DNA from: Psammoneis japonica
Taxonomy: Eukaryota
Direction: 5' to 3'
Length of the DNA: 64,000 nt
Assembly: GCA_008632985.1 (NCBI GenBank)
Contig: QPGO01000068.1
Location: 310,001-374,000 of the forward strand
The notes beneath the pieces were generated by a model. The model worked only from the letters and a program-made list of their open reading frames with translations, was not told the DNA's origin and made no database searches. A program made the translations under genes and the position numbers. Below are positions 35,911-49,038 of the stretch, in pieces. Numbering within the stretch: position 1 is the stretch's first letter; the number at the start of each line of letters is the position of its first letter.

Positions 35911-37129
35911 AGGACACAGAAACCACTTCCCCACAAGAGATTGACAAGTTCTTTTTCCACTGTGACAGTTCCAGCCAGCGGTCAAACTTTTCCCTGACTC
36001 AACTGTGGCACACCCACAAATCCTCCTCTGGAGCCCAAGCCCCCATGTCCTTCTTGCTCCAGTGCAACCGGCTCAAAAATTAAAACATTTTCTGTGCAAG
36101 AAGAGACCCAACCAAATGATTCAAGATTTTGCACCATCAAGCTGCACAGCAATGGATGGAGCATCAGCAACAATGAGGATTTGGGGACAGTGGAGAACCA
36201 CAGTGTGCTGTTTTGTTGAGAGGGCAGTGAAAGAGCAGTTGTCAGTTGCAACCCAGTTTTGCAGCATTTTCAGTTTTCACCAGAAACCTGTGCTGCACTG
36301 CACAAAATTGAATCTCGTCTCACTGGAAATTTGCCATTCACCCTTGGACACTCCACATGCATTCTTCCACCAACATTCCTGCATGCTGGAAGTGCTCCAC
36401 ACTTCCTGTCCATTGCATGGGCCAACCCCCTCTCTCCATCCAACTCACCATGCCCTCTCAACACCTGATTGTGGTGCATCACCACCGCCAGCATCCACAC
36501 AGCTGTGTGAACCACATGCTCCACATTCCCAAGATGCCAAGGATTCTTTCAAGTTTGCACTCTTGGTTGCTTTGTTTTTTTTTGTCAGATGCTGATGCCT
36601 TTGCAAGATTCAACAGCTCTGTTCTTGTGTTGAGTTGCACTCCAATCATTGACAAGTGTGGACAAGTCACAGCAGCAATGCATGTTCTGGCAAAATGGTG
36701 TTTGTCATGGGCCCATTCACAACATTGGCAGTGACAAGAAATTGGTGTTTTGAGATGGTGCCAGCACCTGCAGTGTGCGACTGTTATATGCATATTCATA
36801 ATTATATATTATTTATGTCAATCGTACCACAGTCGTGGATGCGTACAAAGGACAGAACGATCACACAGAGTTGATCGGATGTCGAAAATTGCAAATACGA
36901 TCGATTGACGATGTTGACATCTTACGTGTCAATAGCAATCGTATCCGGACAATCTGTTGTCACGAATATATTCTCCGAAAGGCCTTTTGTCTGTAGAAGC
37001 AGTACAGAAGCTTTAGGCCATTGAGAACTCGTTCGGAGAAACAAAAAATCACAGAGCAAAATTTAATTTCATAATTTTCACTTTTCACACTTGATTTTAC
37101 TTTCGTTTATACTCGTTCTTCGAGCATAG

Positions 37130-38975
37130 TGCACACAGGAGGAGGGGCACCAGGGGCTGTCAAAGCAGTTCTTGCTGTGGGTCACAAGAAAAAATGCATG
37201 GTGTCCAGGCAAGACTGACTTGGTGGGTTGCACCTTGTGGGTTTTGGCAATGACAAACTGCTTCCACTCAAGCCAGTTGGCAAGGAAGCAGAGGCAATTG
37301 GCAAAAGAATGGCAGAAACCCAACACAGCTGCCAGGTTTGAGAGTTGATCCTGTGAGGAAGATTCTGTCATGAAGCCAGCTGTCAGATGTGAAGTTTGGG
37401 ATGCAGCCCCCAAATTGTGCTGGAGCCTCACATGCACAAACAAGGCTGCAAGCAATGAGTGGAATGGGGTTTAAACAAGCAGCAAGTGTTTTCACTCTTT
37501 CAGCCACTCTTCCATTGCTCCCAACCTTTTCTTGTGTGTCAACTTTTTCTCTTGATTTGGTCTTCTTCTCAACTCCACCCAACCAATGGGCGCCATTGCA
37601 TGCACCTCTGTTGCTTCAAACAGAGTGGCTGTTTTGTGCTTTGCCCATGTGTCTGGTTTGGCAGGCAAGGCTTTTTGTTCTTGACCATTGTGTCATCCCA
37701 CTCATTGTCAAAGCATTGCTCCAAAGGCTCTGCTTGTCAAATGCCAAGAAATGTTGTGAGATTGACCAGCAGTGCAATGCCAGGCAGTGTGCTTTGAATT
37801 CCTTGTCCAGAACCTCACATTGTTGGCAAAAGAAAGTGCGCAGCCATGGTGTCATCACAGCAGCTCCACCATGTCAACAACCATTTGGAAGGCACTCAAG
37901 GTAAAACCATCAAGTCCAATTTTGTTGTCAATTTATCCTGACGTGAGAAGGAGCATTGGTTGTCCTGCACCACCTGTTTTCTCATGCTCAGTGCCTTTCA
38001 GACATTGGTCTTGTTGATGGACCCACTCAGTGCTGCATCTGTGCAAAGGCACACAAGCACAAAGATGGACAAGCATCTGCATGAGAGGAGCGGCACTTGG
38101 GCGCACCACTTTGAGCAAAAATCCAAGCTTTTCAAGACAAGTTGCTGAGTGCAGCTCAAAGTTTTTTCAGCCTCTTTTGCTTTGTGCTGCACCTCATGTG
38201 TTGCACATGAGCTTTGCATGCTGCAAACAACTGCTCCCAAAGGGTGTGCCATCATGCACACATTTTGCTTGAGTCATGTGCTCCACACTGACAGATTGGC
38301 TTTCCATTGGTTTTGAATTTGCCACTTTGTTTTTTCTGCAGTGCTTCCACCACCAATGGCTGTTGTTTGCCCCACATTTGAGCAAATGTCAGAGCACATT
38401 CCTTCACAAAAATTCACAGCACAGCATGCCAGCCCAACTGCTGCTGCCGTTCCAGGACAGCGAGATTCGAGTTGATGGTGTTCTGGCACCCCTTCCTTGG
38501 GAGCACCAGGCATGCCCACTTTGGATGTGCCCAATCTTTGCCCCACCTGGGGCTCCAGCATCCCTTGGCCCTCACCAACCAGCCAATGTGGAAAGCAACA
38601 CTGGGGCGCTGCTGCATGCACCCACATTGAGCTGCATCATGTTCAGCAACTGCACAACACATGAATGAAGAGCAGTGTGGTGGAAACACAGCACAGCAGA
38701 GAACACTTTTCATTTGCTTTTGTTGCCATGAATTGGGGTGCAGGACAGCAACAGCAAGGCCAGCGGCACCAAGAACACAAAACGGACGATGCCAACCACA
38801 TCCCCATGACAGCCTCCTCTTTGCCATTTTTTCTCTTGGAGTGCACCTGTGTGTCATTTTGCTCACACTGAAACAAGCCACAACTGTGTGCGCACGGCAC
38901 ATGAAGCATTTGTAAAAAACACCCACTGCCAGCTTTTCCTGCAGGGCATGGCCAGTTGCATGGTTGCATTGAACC
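37130..38975. other. TpA/CpG-depleted degenerate block, probably decayed repeat or transposon, family unassigned
   Basis: Same composition as the other decayed blocks; no motif could be assigned confidently. Confidence 0.5.
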
Positions 38976-39307
38976 TCAATCTAAAAGTTCCGGAGAGACA
39001 GTACAGTAGACGCGCGCCACTCTTCTGCCCGCGGGGTCTGACGCACAAATGACATAGTTTGGTTATGAGCACTTCGCAACCACTCACCACTCATGACGAT
39101 CACCACCGACCACATCACCCATCACACAGAACCTTGCACATCGCATCCGTTGTTGTTCGTTGTTGCGACACCAACCATCGTCAGCACAGAACAAAACGTT
39201 ATCATTGCATTTGAAAGCGGCTTGGTCTATTCTGCTGTAGCGCAACTAAAAGTTTTGCGTTCTTGCGTTAGAAAACAACCCTCTTTTATTACCTTCAATC
39301 CGTTCGT

Positions 39308-42300
39308 ATGAGGCGGTGTGGTGTTATTTCAAGAAGAATACACTTCGTCATGGCGAGCGTGATGTTACATTTGTTGAGTTCTACAAAAACTGCGTCTACA
39401 CGATTTGCCGTAAGGGCTTTTACTACTTCAACAAGGACATGCGCGTCCATTCGACGTGCTACGTCAAGTAGCAGCCAAAGACTTTTTCCGCTGGTAGCAC
39501 GGACTTTCCCATCACAGCGCAGGTTGCTCTCGTTGGGGGATTCTTCCGCCTCGGTCGAAGAAGATTTGGATGCTGCCCTCGATGATATCTTGGATAGCGC
39601 TTTTTTGGAGGCGGAGAACCCCGCGGATATGGAGCCTGGTACTCATATGAAGGGATCTCGTCCCATTCCAGAAGCACTTGTAGCAGAGGTGAGATTATTT
39701 CAGCAGACTTCTGATTATCACCGAGCTTCTTCTGTGCTTACTCTGCCACATTTTTTTTCTGAATTTAGGATGATCCGATTGACTTTAAGGATCCCAAGTT
39801 CCTTTCTACTAGCAATCCCCGGTGGGTCAGTGCTGGTCTTTCTCAGGACGTGATTGATGTGTTGAGTGAAAAGGGGATCACCCGGTTTACGCCTGTACAG
39901 GGTGAAGCATTTGACCCTGTTGTTGCCGGAAGGGACGTGATTGGGCGCTCTCGTACAGGAACAGGAAAGACTCTTGCATTCGGACTACCCAGCATTACTC
40001 GATTGGTGGAATTGGCGAAGGAGAAGGGAACTGTAGACAGGAACGGACGCAGAAGAAGGGGGCGTCTCGTTTCCATGATTGTGCTGTGTCCTACACGGGA
40101 GCTGGCGCGGCAGGTACAAGAGGAGATTGCTGAAGTGGCTAAGCCTCTTAATCTCTTTTCTCACGTCTTTCACGGTGGAGTGTCATATGAACCGCAGGTA
40201 AGAAGATCTGCTTGTATGCATGCTTTCTGTGTACCAATGCTCTCTAACCCCCGGATACTGGCTTTTCTTTGTTCAGGCAAGAGCTCTTAGAACTGGTCTT
40301 GACATTCTCGTGGGTACCCCTGGACGAGTCATTGATCATATCGATCGTGGCAATCTTGATCTATCTGAATGTGACATTGTTGTTCTCGATGAAGCTGATG
40401 TGAGTAAAACTAGCCAAAAACAACGGCATCCTAAGGCAGTCTCTAACTGATACTTTCTTGTAATTTTTGCCGATGAAGGAAATGTTAAACATGGGCTTCG
40501 CCGAAGATGTTGAAGTCATTTTGGACGGTGTCGGTTCGAAGAACGAAGAAAAGACACAGTGCCTTTTGTTTTCCGCCACAACTCCTCCGTGGGTAAAGCA
40601 GATTGGTGAACAATACCAAGAGGACGTTCTCAGCATTGACTCCACGGCGGAAGAGAGCGGTGCTCGTACGGCGAAAACGGTCCGCCACATGGCTGTGCAA
40701 CTTCCACCCGGACCCGATGCACGAAAGGCAATTCTTGAGGATATTATTGCTGTGGAGATTTCCAAAGACGTCGTGGAGGAGGCGGAAAAGTCCGATGAGG
40801 AGGAGGAGGACGATGAACACTTCAACGCGATTGCTGCGGCTGCCGCAGAAAAGAAGAAAAAGAGCAACTCGGCGATGCAGCAAAAGATTTTTGGCAAAAC
40901 AATTGTGTTTACGGAGACAAAGAGGGACGCTGACGAATTGGTGTCTGGTGGTGTATTCAAGAGTCTCACTGCACAGGTAGGTCCGAAGATACCTTACGGG
41001 ATTCTACACCTCGCTTTTTTTTGCTGTTTCAAACTTATGCGATTCGAACACTTTTTCGTAATATAGGCCCTTCACGGTGATGTCGGACAGAAGCAGCGTG
41101 ACGCAACGCTAAACGCCTTTCGGGCAGGGGCTTTCAATGTGCTTGTTGCTACGGATGTCGCAGCTAGAGGTATGGACCAAAGACAAAAAGGCCTATCGCT
41201 GCTCACTCCACGTCTCCTCCTCACTCTTGCTTCCCTATCTGTCATGACCGTCAGGTATCGATATCAAAGACGTTGACTTGGTGGTGCAGTTTGAACCACC
41301 CCGTGATGTCGATACCTATGTGCACCGCTCTGGAAGGACAGGTCGTGCCGGAAGAAACGGAACTTCTGTTTTGCTGTTCCAACCTCGACAGGCGAGTGAC
41401 ATCGTTAGAATTGAGCGGGATCTAGGACACGGCTTTCGATTTGAACTCGCGGGGCCGCCATCGACTGAAGCAGCTCTCAAAGCCGCAGCACGAACATCTG
41501 CTATTGCCTGCGCAGGCGTTCCAGACGAAACCGCAGCTTATTTTAGGGATTCGGCGAAGCAGCTTCTGGAAGAAAGTGATGACCCCGCGGAGGTTGTTGC
41601 GAGGTGTCTCGCTGCCATTTCTCGCCGTTCCAACGAAGTCGAGAGCCGCTCTCTCCTCACTGGTGAGCTTGGCTTTGCTACACTCGAAATGACAAATTCC
41701 AGAGGTAGGCCAGTATCCCCGGGAGACGTAATGTTTACAGTTTCAAAGCTTGCCAGAATGAGCAAGCGAGATGGTGAAAACACATTTGACGGCGACGTTG
41801 GAAAAATTCAGAGTAACTTCGACACTGGAACAGCTGTCTTCGACATGGGAGTGAGTTAAAGCGAATGGAAAAGAGTGTATTTCTCCACCGGGCTGAAAAC
41901 TAATGTCTTCGTCTTGTACAACATTTTTGCTATATAGGTTGAGGACGCGAAGAAGTTGGTTGAGTTCAGCAAAGACATTGATGCTGGTGGCGCCGTGTTC
42001 AAGCAACTGAAGGAAATGGAGATTGAACGCGGACGTGACTTTGGAAGGAGGAATGATCGACGAGGCAGAGGTGGTGGTAGAGGTGGAGGATACAGAGGCG
42101 GAGGATATAGAGGTGATTACGGTGGCCGTGGAGGGTATCAGGGAGGCCGTGGAGGCGGAGGTTACAGGAAGACGCCAAATAGTTTCCATGGAAATCGTTC
42201 CCGTTCCAACTACGAAAACCGTCATAGAGGCGACGGAGATAATCGAAGTGGCGGCTATCGCGGTGGCAGAGGCGGTGGAAGCAGTTATCGCGGTGGCGGT

Positions 42301-42357
42301 GGATATCGTGGGAATAGATACCAAGGCGGTGGAGGCAGCTCCAGTAGTGGGTGGTGA
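39308..42357 (+). CDS. DEAD-box RNA helicase (DDX21/RH3/RH9-like) with organellar-type presequence and RGG-rich tail
   Basis: [50 protein letters not shown] and an RGG tail; about six GT-AG introns. The start could be 39308 or 39350. Confidence 0.92.
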
Positions 42358-42574
42358 AGACAGGCGTCTATCTCATTGATTCTGTAGTTCAGTACATAAT
42401 GCCTTTTAAATAAAATTTAAGAGACCGACCTGTTGGAGAGCTTGTCGAAGCTGAACAATTCAATTTTTGTGTTAAGCAGCGACACTGTCTAGTTTTAAGT
42501 CCCCAGATCTCTGGATATCTGCACAGTGACAACAACGGAGCAAGCTTTTTCATGGATTAACTCGTCAACCCCCT

Positions 42575-45500
42575 CTAATGCGCTGTCGCTCTAGCTACCT
42601 CCACAGTGACAGAAACCGCGTGTCTCAGAAACAAGAGGACGTCGCGCAGACATCTCAACTTGTCAGATCCTATCTTCTTTCTGTCCATGGCGAGAACGCA
42701 ATCCCTGTCTTTAAACCCGTGGCGCAACGCCCCGTTTACTGCCCCACCTCCCACAAATAGATACGGTCGTTGAGTCGAGTCTTCAACATCAACCGTAAAT
42801 GAAACGCCCCAAGGTTCCCGCATTGATGTCCGTTGCATCAAAATAGAATCGGTCTTTTCGCCTTGTATCGAACACGAAAGACGGCAACTCATGATATCAT
42901 CGCTCGACTCTTCGTCACTAGAAATTTCACTGTCAGCCACCCATGAAGCTTCTGAAGCATTCTTCAAGCCATTCATCCCATGAATTAGCATGCGACGATT
43001 GTCACTTTCCGCGTTGGACGGGAGAAACTCCTTCGTAGGTTCATTGAGCGTGTCACCATTCTCGGTTGCGATATTCGAACCCTGGAAAAAGAGAGCGTGC
43101 TGGAAAAGACTTCCACAAGGAGCATTGTCATTTCCGTCAGACGCAGTTGCGGGTTTGACGCTGGTCTCTCCATGCTCAGGACATTTGTACTGTTCCTCTT
43201 TGCGTATGTCCGCGCACAAGTAGTGAAAATACCGATTACAGCCTGCCTCAGAACACCGAATGCTAGCGCCTTTCTTTCCGCATTTCGAGCAGTCCCCCGA
43301 AAGTGATAAGGCCTCAGAAACATTCTTAAATTTTTCGGCGTCCTCGTCCTCGTTTGTTTCGATCACGGTCTCGATCACGTTTGTATGCCTCAAACAGTTT
43401 TCGTGAACGATTAGGTGATGCATGTTGCGCTGGAAAGCCAACATCTTCCCTCTTCTGTCGTCGTCACCGGTCGCACCGCAGAATGCGCACTGAAGCGCCG
43501 TAGAAGGATTCTTCGATCGAAAGAACCTGATGGATATCGTATTGTATTCAGATCCGTGATTTGGATTGATGTCCGGGCGAAGCGATGGCCGAAGAAACGA
43601 GAGTGAGCGGTGCAAGTCGCAATAGAAGACCTTGCCGTCTTTTTCGAAATCCCATCCGGTGTCCTCCCCGCAAGTGTAGTGAAAAGAACGAAAGCAAGTT
43701 TCATGAGAACAACCAACCGTAGCACCCATAGCACGGCACATGGAACACTTTATTTGTTTCCCCCGATTTGCCGCTTTTATTACATGCTTCCACTTCCCGT
43801 CTCTTACTTCGACTTCTGGCGATTTCTCAGCGCAGCTATTGTGAACAAGCACCTGCCTTGACCCTCTCTGGAAGGCGAGCAAGGGACCTTCCCTCACTCC
43901 ACTTCCGACGCCGTGGCACAGACTACATTGGAGCGGTATTTCAGGGTTGTTGAATCGGAATATAGGCATCGGTATGAGCCTGTCCCAGCCATACTCGGCA
44001 TAATCGACATGCATAGCAGCAATCACTTCTCTGGCAGCTCGAATTCCTGAAAGTAGAGCACCATGCGACATACTTGGATGCAATGCTGTGGTGTGCTCAC
44101 CCGCCCAAAACAATCGCATTGTTTCACTGCTTTCTAACAACATAGAATCTCCATTACCGTTAACTGGTGACTGTAGAATTTGAAAGTCTTGATCTGTGGC
44201 ACCAGGAGGAAGAAACGTATAGCAGCCACGAGAGAACTTTTCGCTACCCCAACGTGTCGTCTTGGAAGCAATAGGATTGGGAACGGTTGTGTTCGAGAAA
44301 ATATTTCTCAACGTATCCATTACGTCTTCAACGAGCTCAGTTTCAGTCATTAACTCAGACTCGACGGCCTCCCTTCCCGAGATTAACGTCATCAAGACAG
44401 CGGGAGGATCGTCACCCCCTTGTAAACTTTTCCCGATATCAAAGAACATGTAGTGGTGTGGATTTAATCCGGACACGTTGCCAAAAAGAATCTGATCTTC
44501 ACTTAAAGCCGACACTAAACGCCAGAACGCAACTGGAAATTGAAGGTAAACTTTATTCAGTAAACCAAACCCGACGTTTTGGATAGAGTCAACCTTTGAC
44601 GTCGGAAGAGGTGGTTCAAAGACCACTCCTGAAGACAATGAAGACTCTGCTGTCTGACCCTTTACACTTTCTTTGAGGACGCCAAGCGGGAGTGCGCAAA
44701 CGACGAAATCAAAGTAGTGCTTTTGCAAGCCATCTTGAGATGTTATACAACATTTGTCTGAGATTTCGATGGCCTTTCGAGATCGGCGATATTGATCCAG
44801 GTACGGCATTGATTGACTATTGTGCGCATATTCGATTCTGCCCACGGCGAAGTCGAGACAGCACGTGAATTTCTCCCCGCCACATTTCTTTATTTTCTCC
44901 ATCAAGTGATTCACCACAGTTGAATATCCTTGTTTAAGCAGAACATGGTCGCCTTCAAAAGCATGTCTATCGTCAGAATCCCAATACTTCATCGAAAGGT
45001 CAAGCACATTCGCACCCAGCGCGTACTCTATATTTTTTGTGTTCCACAAGAGCAGCGCATTTTCCACAGTCGAGAGTTTCGAAAAATCTCTCTTCTTGGA
45101 TTTTGATACAACTTTGCCAATGGCGTGGTCAATTGAAACGTCAGAGGAATGTCGGTGTTGCGGTGCATCTGTGCCGACGAGACCTCCGACCTCATATTTC
45201 TCAACATTTGCTTGAGAACCTGCTTCAGAATGACCGCCAAGGACGGAAGCGTACCATCGGACTGCTTTTTGATATCTCACAAGGTTTGCTCCATATTCTT
45301 GTTTATCCCAGCAATCCTCTGCCTGTTGACGGAGTATTCAATAACAACTAGAAATTAGGGAAAGTCAAACAAAAACACAAGCACAGCACGTGTGACACTC
45401 ACGGCTTGATCGAGAAGGTCGTCGAAAAGTTTTCCAGCGTTTTCGTCAACATCCGCATCTACTCCCTCCATGTTGGATCCAAACATCTTCACATCTTCGC

Positions 45501-46950
45501 TAGCCGTCACAAAGTCCACACCAGCTTCCTGAGCAAGCGTTGCCAGTGGATTGTGATCTATGCCGTGAATCCAAGAAGCGCCTAGGTCCACGGGAAATGC
45601 AGAACCGTCTGCGAGCTTGAAAGTAGTCTCATCCGTGTACACCCGACCTCCTATCCGCGATCTCCCTTCGAATAACGTGACCTCTATATCTACTTTTTCC
45701 TTTTCTGCGCTTTGAAACAATTCCAAAGCCGTTGCAAGACCTGCGATCCCCGCCCCGACCACTCCTACGCGAAAGCACGTTCTCGGCTTCATTGGTATTG
45801 CTGTTCCTTGAGGAGCTTCCTTATCATTGGATACATTGGATGCTGCAGTCGGGTCCCATTCAACGCTTCCTTTCGAGTTCTTTCTCATGTTCAGTATACT
45901 CAAGACTTTGTGATGGCCACCCTCAAGATTCGATAGGGGAAACCAAGTTGGTAAATTCGTGTTGTGTAAGAAGTTCTGAAACCCCATCGACGTGTGAAAG
46001 CCGACGTCGGTTCTCTTTTGCGGCTTCGAAAAAACAAGGGAACTGTCTAGGACTTGGTACTGATAATAGTAGTCTCCGACGAAATCCCCGCCCGACTGAC
46101 AGGCATTTTCAATCTCCTGGATCTTCGTAGGATTATCTTCCGCGGCTGCATTCACGTCAGCGTAAGTGGCAAGCAGAACGCGATACCCCAGGTCAGCACC
46201 TCTTGTCGAGCTGTTTTGCTGGAGGACATATCGAAACTTCTGCACAGGATGTGGGTTTGATAGTGCGTTCTCCGTTTGTTCCCGCTTATGACGCTTTGAA
46301 TCATTTTCTTCATTCAATTCAGAGTTTTCTCGTTTCGCGGAGCTCTTTTCGCCTTCTTCCTTTTCATATTCTTCTGCGCCCAGCACACTTTGTGTAGTCT
46401 CCGCTTCTGCTCTTTGAGCAGCCAACATCTTCATTCTACGATTCAAATCTAGCGAACTAGCTTCGTCATGGAAATATAGAAGTGAGGCAGCGCTCAAAGA
46501 AGCCTGATCAACTAGCAACCCATAAAAGCGACGGTTATGAACTGTTGCAGAAACATAGCACGCATCTCCAGCTTTCAACGGGTCGTCAGCATTTTCGTTG
46601 TTCCCAAAATCAGAGACGCTTTGTGCCAGTTGTGCCGCATCTTTCGGTAGCGACAAAGAGAAGGGCTCTTCAACGACGACACTGTCCAAGGTAGCGAAAC
46701 GCTTCAGAGAACCTCGTGACCCCGTAGAACGACGTTTCCTTGTCGAACGGCTTGGTTTCTACATTTTCAATTTTGGCGTTGAAGCAAAAAGTGAGTCCAA
46801 AAAGTCGACCAACTTCAACATGTACACTCTATCCATACACGTATAAGATAAAAAAGTCATGTACCGAATCACGTAGAAATTTACGTCGTATCAACGGACG
46901 CCGAAGCGAACGCGCCACACACCACCCACCTGCTCTCTTCTTTCGGCCAT
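42575..46950 (-). CDS. LSD1/polyamine-oxidase-family flavin amine oxidase with two C-terminal extended PHD fingers (putative histone demethylase)
   Basis: GAGIAGL, EGRSRIGGR, DLGASWIHG, GFGLLNKVYLQF, WAGEHT and HGALLSGIRAA, followed by two ePHD (HC5HC2H)-type Cys/His modules. The 444-aa and 901-aa ORFs join over an intron near 45325-45402. The first micro-exon (ATG 46950) is tentative. Confidence 0.85.
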
Positions 46951-47460
46951 GGCGGAGTTTTTCTGAAGGAGTTATGGAGTACTAGTAAGTTAACTCCGAC
47001 ACGAAGCAGCTCCCTTTTGCGTATCTTGAACTAATGGATAGTAAAGAGCTACTGAAACCAACGGTACGTATCATTCACTGAATACCGGTATCCTTGATGA
47101 AGCAATGAAGCGAATGAATCCCGCGCGCGTTGACAAGCGGCGTGGGATGCGCAAATGGTTCTAATGATCTTCAAGTACGGATGTTCATTATTTTGCTATA
47201 TTTGAGTACGAAAATATATAAATTGGACCCTGAAAAAACACTGTGGAACTTACTTCTACTCTAGCTAGAGAGTAGACGCTAGCTAGACTACTTCTATTTA
47301 GAACTAGTTAGAGTCTCTCTCTCTAACGAGTAGGACAAAAGGACGACACCTCACTCTAGAGAGACTTTTTGTTATGACAAGGTCAAATGATCTGTCACCC
47401 TGTAGCAAAGCAGCGCAGCGATCCACTCTTTCCTGGATAAACAGCAAACCTACCGAGGAG

Positions 47461-48622
47461 TCAATACATAAAGACCGGGTTGTCACGCGTCATGATTCTG
47501 TCGTCCTTGCTTAGCAACACTCTTAACGGCTTGGTAAGCGCAAACATTCGAATGTGGGTGACACCGTCATAATGGATCAGAGGATCTTGACCATCTGGGC
47601 GTTTGTTCTCGATGCGGCTTGCAATCATATCATCAATGAGTCCTTCCTTCGGCATGATCCAGTCTTTCATAGATGCAGAGTCGTCATACGAAGCAGCTTG
47701 AAATGCCATTACAAATCCCCAATCACCTCCAAAACTTGGAATATGAACAGAATAACTGGGCGTTGAAGGTGAGGCTACTAGAGACTACTGCGAAGCTGTT
47801 GTTTTTGTAATGGAGTGGTGTAGACAATAAGAACAAAAAACAAAACAAAAACACTCACGGGACAACGCAATCAAAGACATCTTGAAGTGTGTTTCGGATT
47901 GGACCATAACAAGATGAATCTTTCTCGCCCTCTTGCGCGTGAGCCGGTGGAACCGAGTCCGCGGTACCTGCCTGCGTAACGAAAACACCATTGGGAGTAA
48001 GAAGGGTCTTGGCGTGCTGATAGAACTCTTTCGTGTATAGCATAATTCCCGGGCCAGCCTCAATTGGATCAGAAATATCCATGATTATTGCATCAAACGT
48101 CTCCTTTGTCTTCAAAAGATAGTCATGCGCATCACCGATGACTAACTCGAACCGAGGATCGTTCATGACTACCTCACCTCCCCATTCTGGTAGATGCCTC
48201 CGACAGACTTCGATAACCTTCTCGTCCAAGTCTACCATGATTACACGTTCCACAGAAGTATGGCGCAATACTTCTCTCGCTGTTGCAAGCTCTCCTCCGC
48301 CGCCAATAAAGACACTTCGAGGCACGGAGCTCTTGTCGCCTGATAGGAGAGCAGACTTGAGCAGAGACGGATGGACCAAAGTCTCGTGATACACAAACTC
48401 ATCAAATTGAGTGCTTTGCGTTTTTCCATCTGTGACAAGCGTTTTCCCAAAGTACGTTTCGATCACATCAATCTTTTGATATTCCGACGAAGTGGAGGCC
48501 AGGATTGCCTTCAGATCCACATCCGTTCGAAGCCCAGGCGCGATGTCTTCGATGAAGGTGAAGTTGGCCTTGTCCCGCTGCGCTTCAATGCCACCGCTAC
48601 TGTCCTTAGCCTCATGTTCCAT
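47461..48622 (-). CDS. ACL5: Aminopropyltransferase (spermidine synthase family, thermospermine synthase/ACL5-like)
   Basis: SEYQKI, DGKTQS, YHETLVHP, IGGGGELATAREVL and MDISDPIEAGP..LYTKEFY, then an intron (about 47858-47756) and YSVHIPSFGGDWGF. Confidence 0.85.
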
Positions 48623-49038
48623 GTTAGTTACTGTGCTTCAGAAGCTTCTGGACTTCATTCAATCAATTGTTTTTGCATTTGTGCGACTACTCCTTCCTAC
48701 AGTGGTACTTCGGGCTTGGAGGTCGGAATGTTGTGGGAACGAAGTGTGCGATGTACTTCTATGTACGATGTGCGGTGCAAACGTCGTGCTTGTTTTGTTC
48801 GTTTGGCTTTGTGCGCGCGGGGGGGGGGGGCGGGGGGTTGCAAATAAGTTGGTCGCGCACACGACTGCTCCCCAACCTTTCATCTTTCATCCTTCGGTAG
48901 TTGTGCTTCCGCGCGGTGATTCGTTTTCTATTCTATTGTTTATTTCCTCGACTGTCACTCCACTGCTATCGACTCTAACGAGAGACTACTAGTAGTTTCT
49001 ATCTTCGTTAAAGGGATAGCCATCACTAAGACATTACT

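Noticed and set aside
37130..38975. Possible hAT transposase motifs (CRAH, VVRPSA)
   Set aside because: Too degenerate to assign without a profile search.
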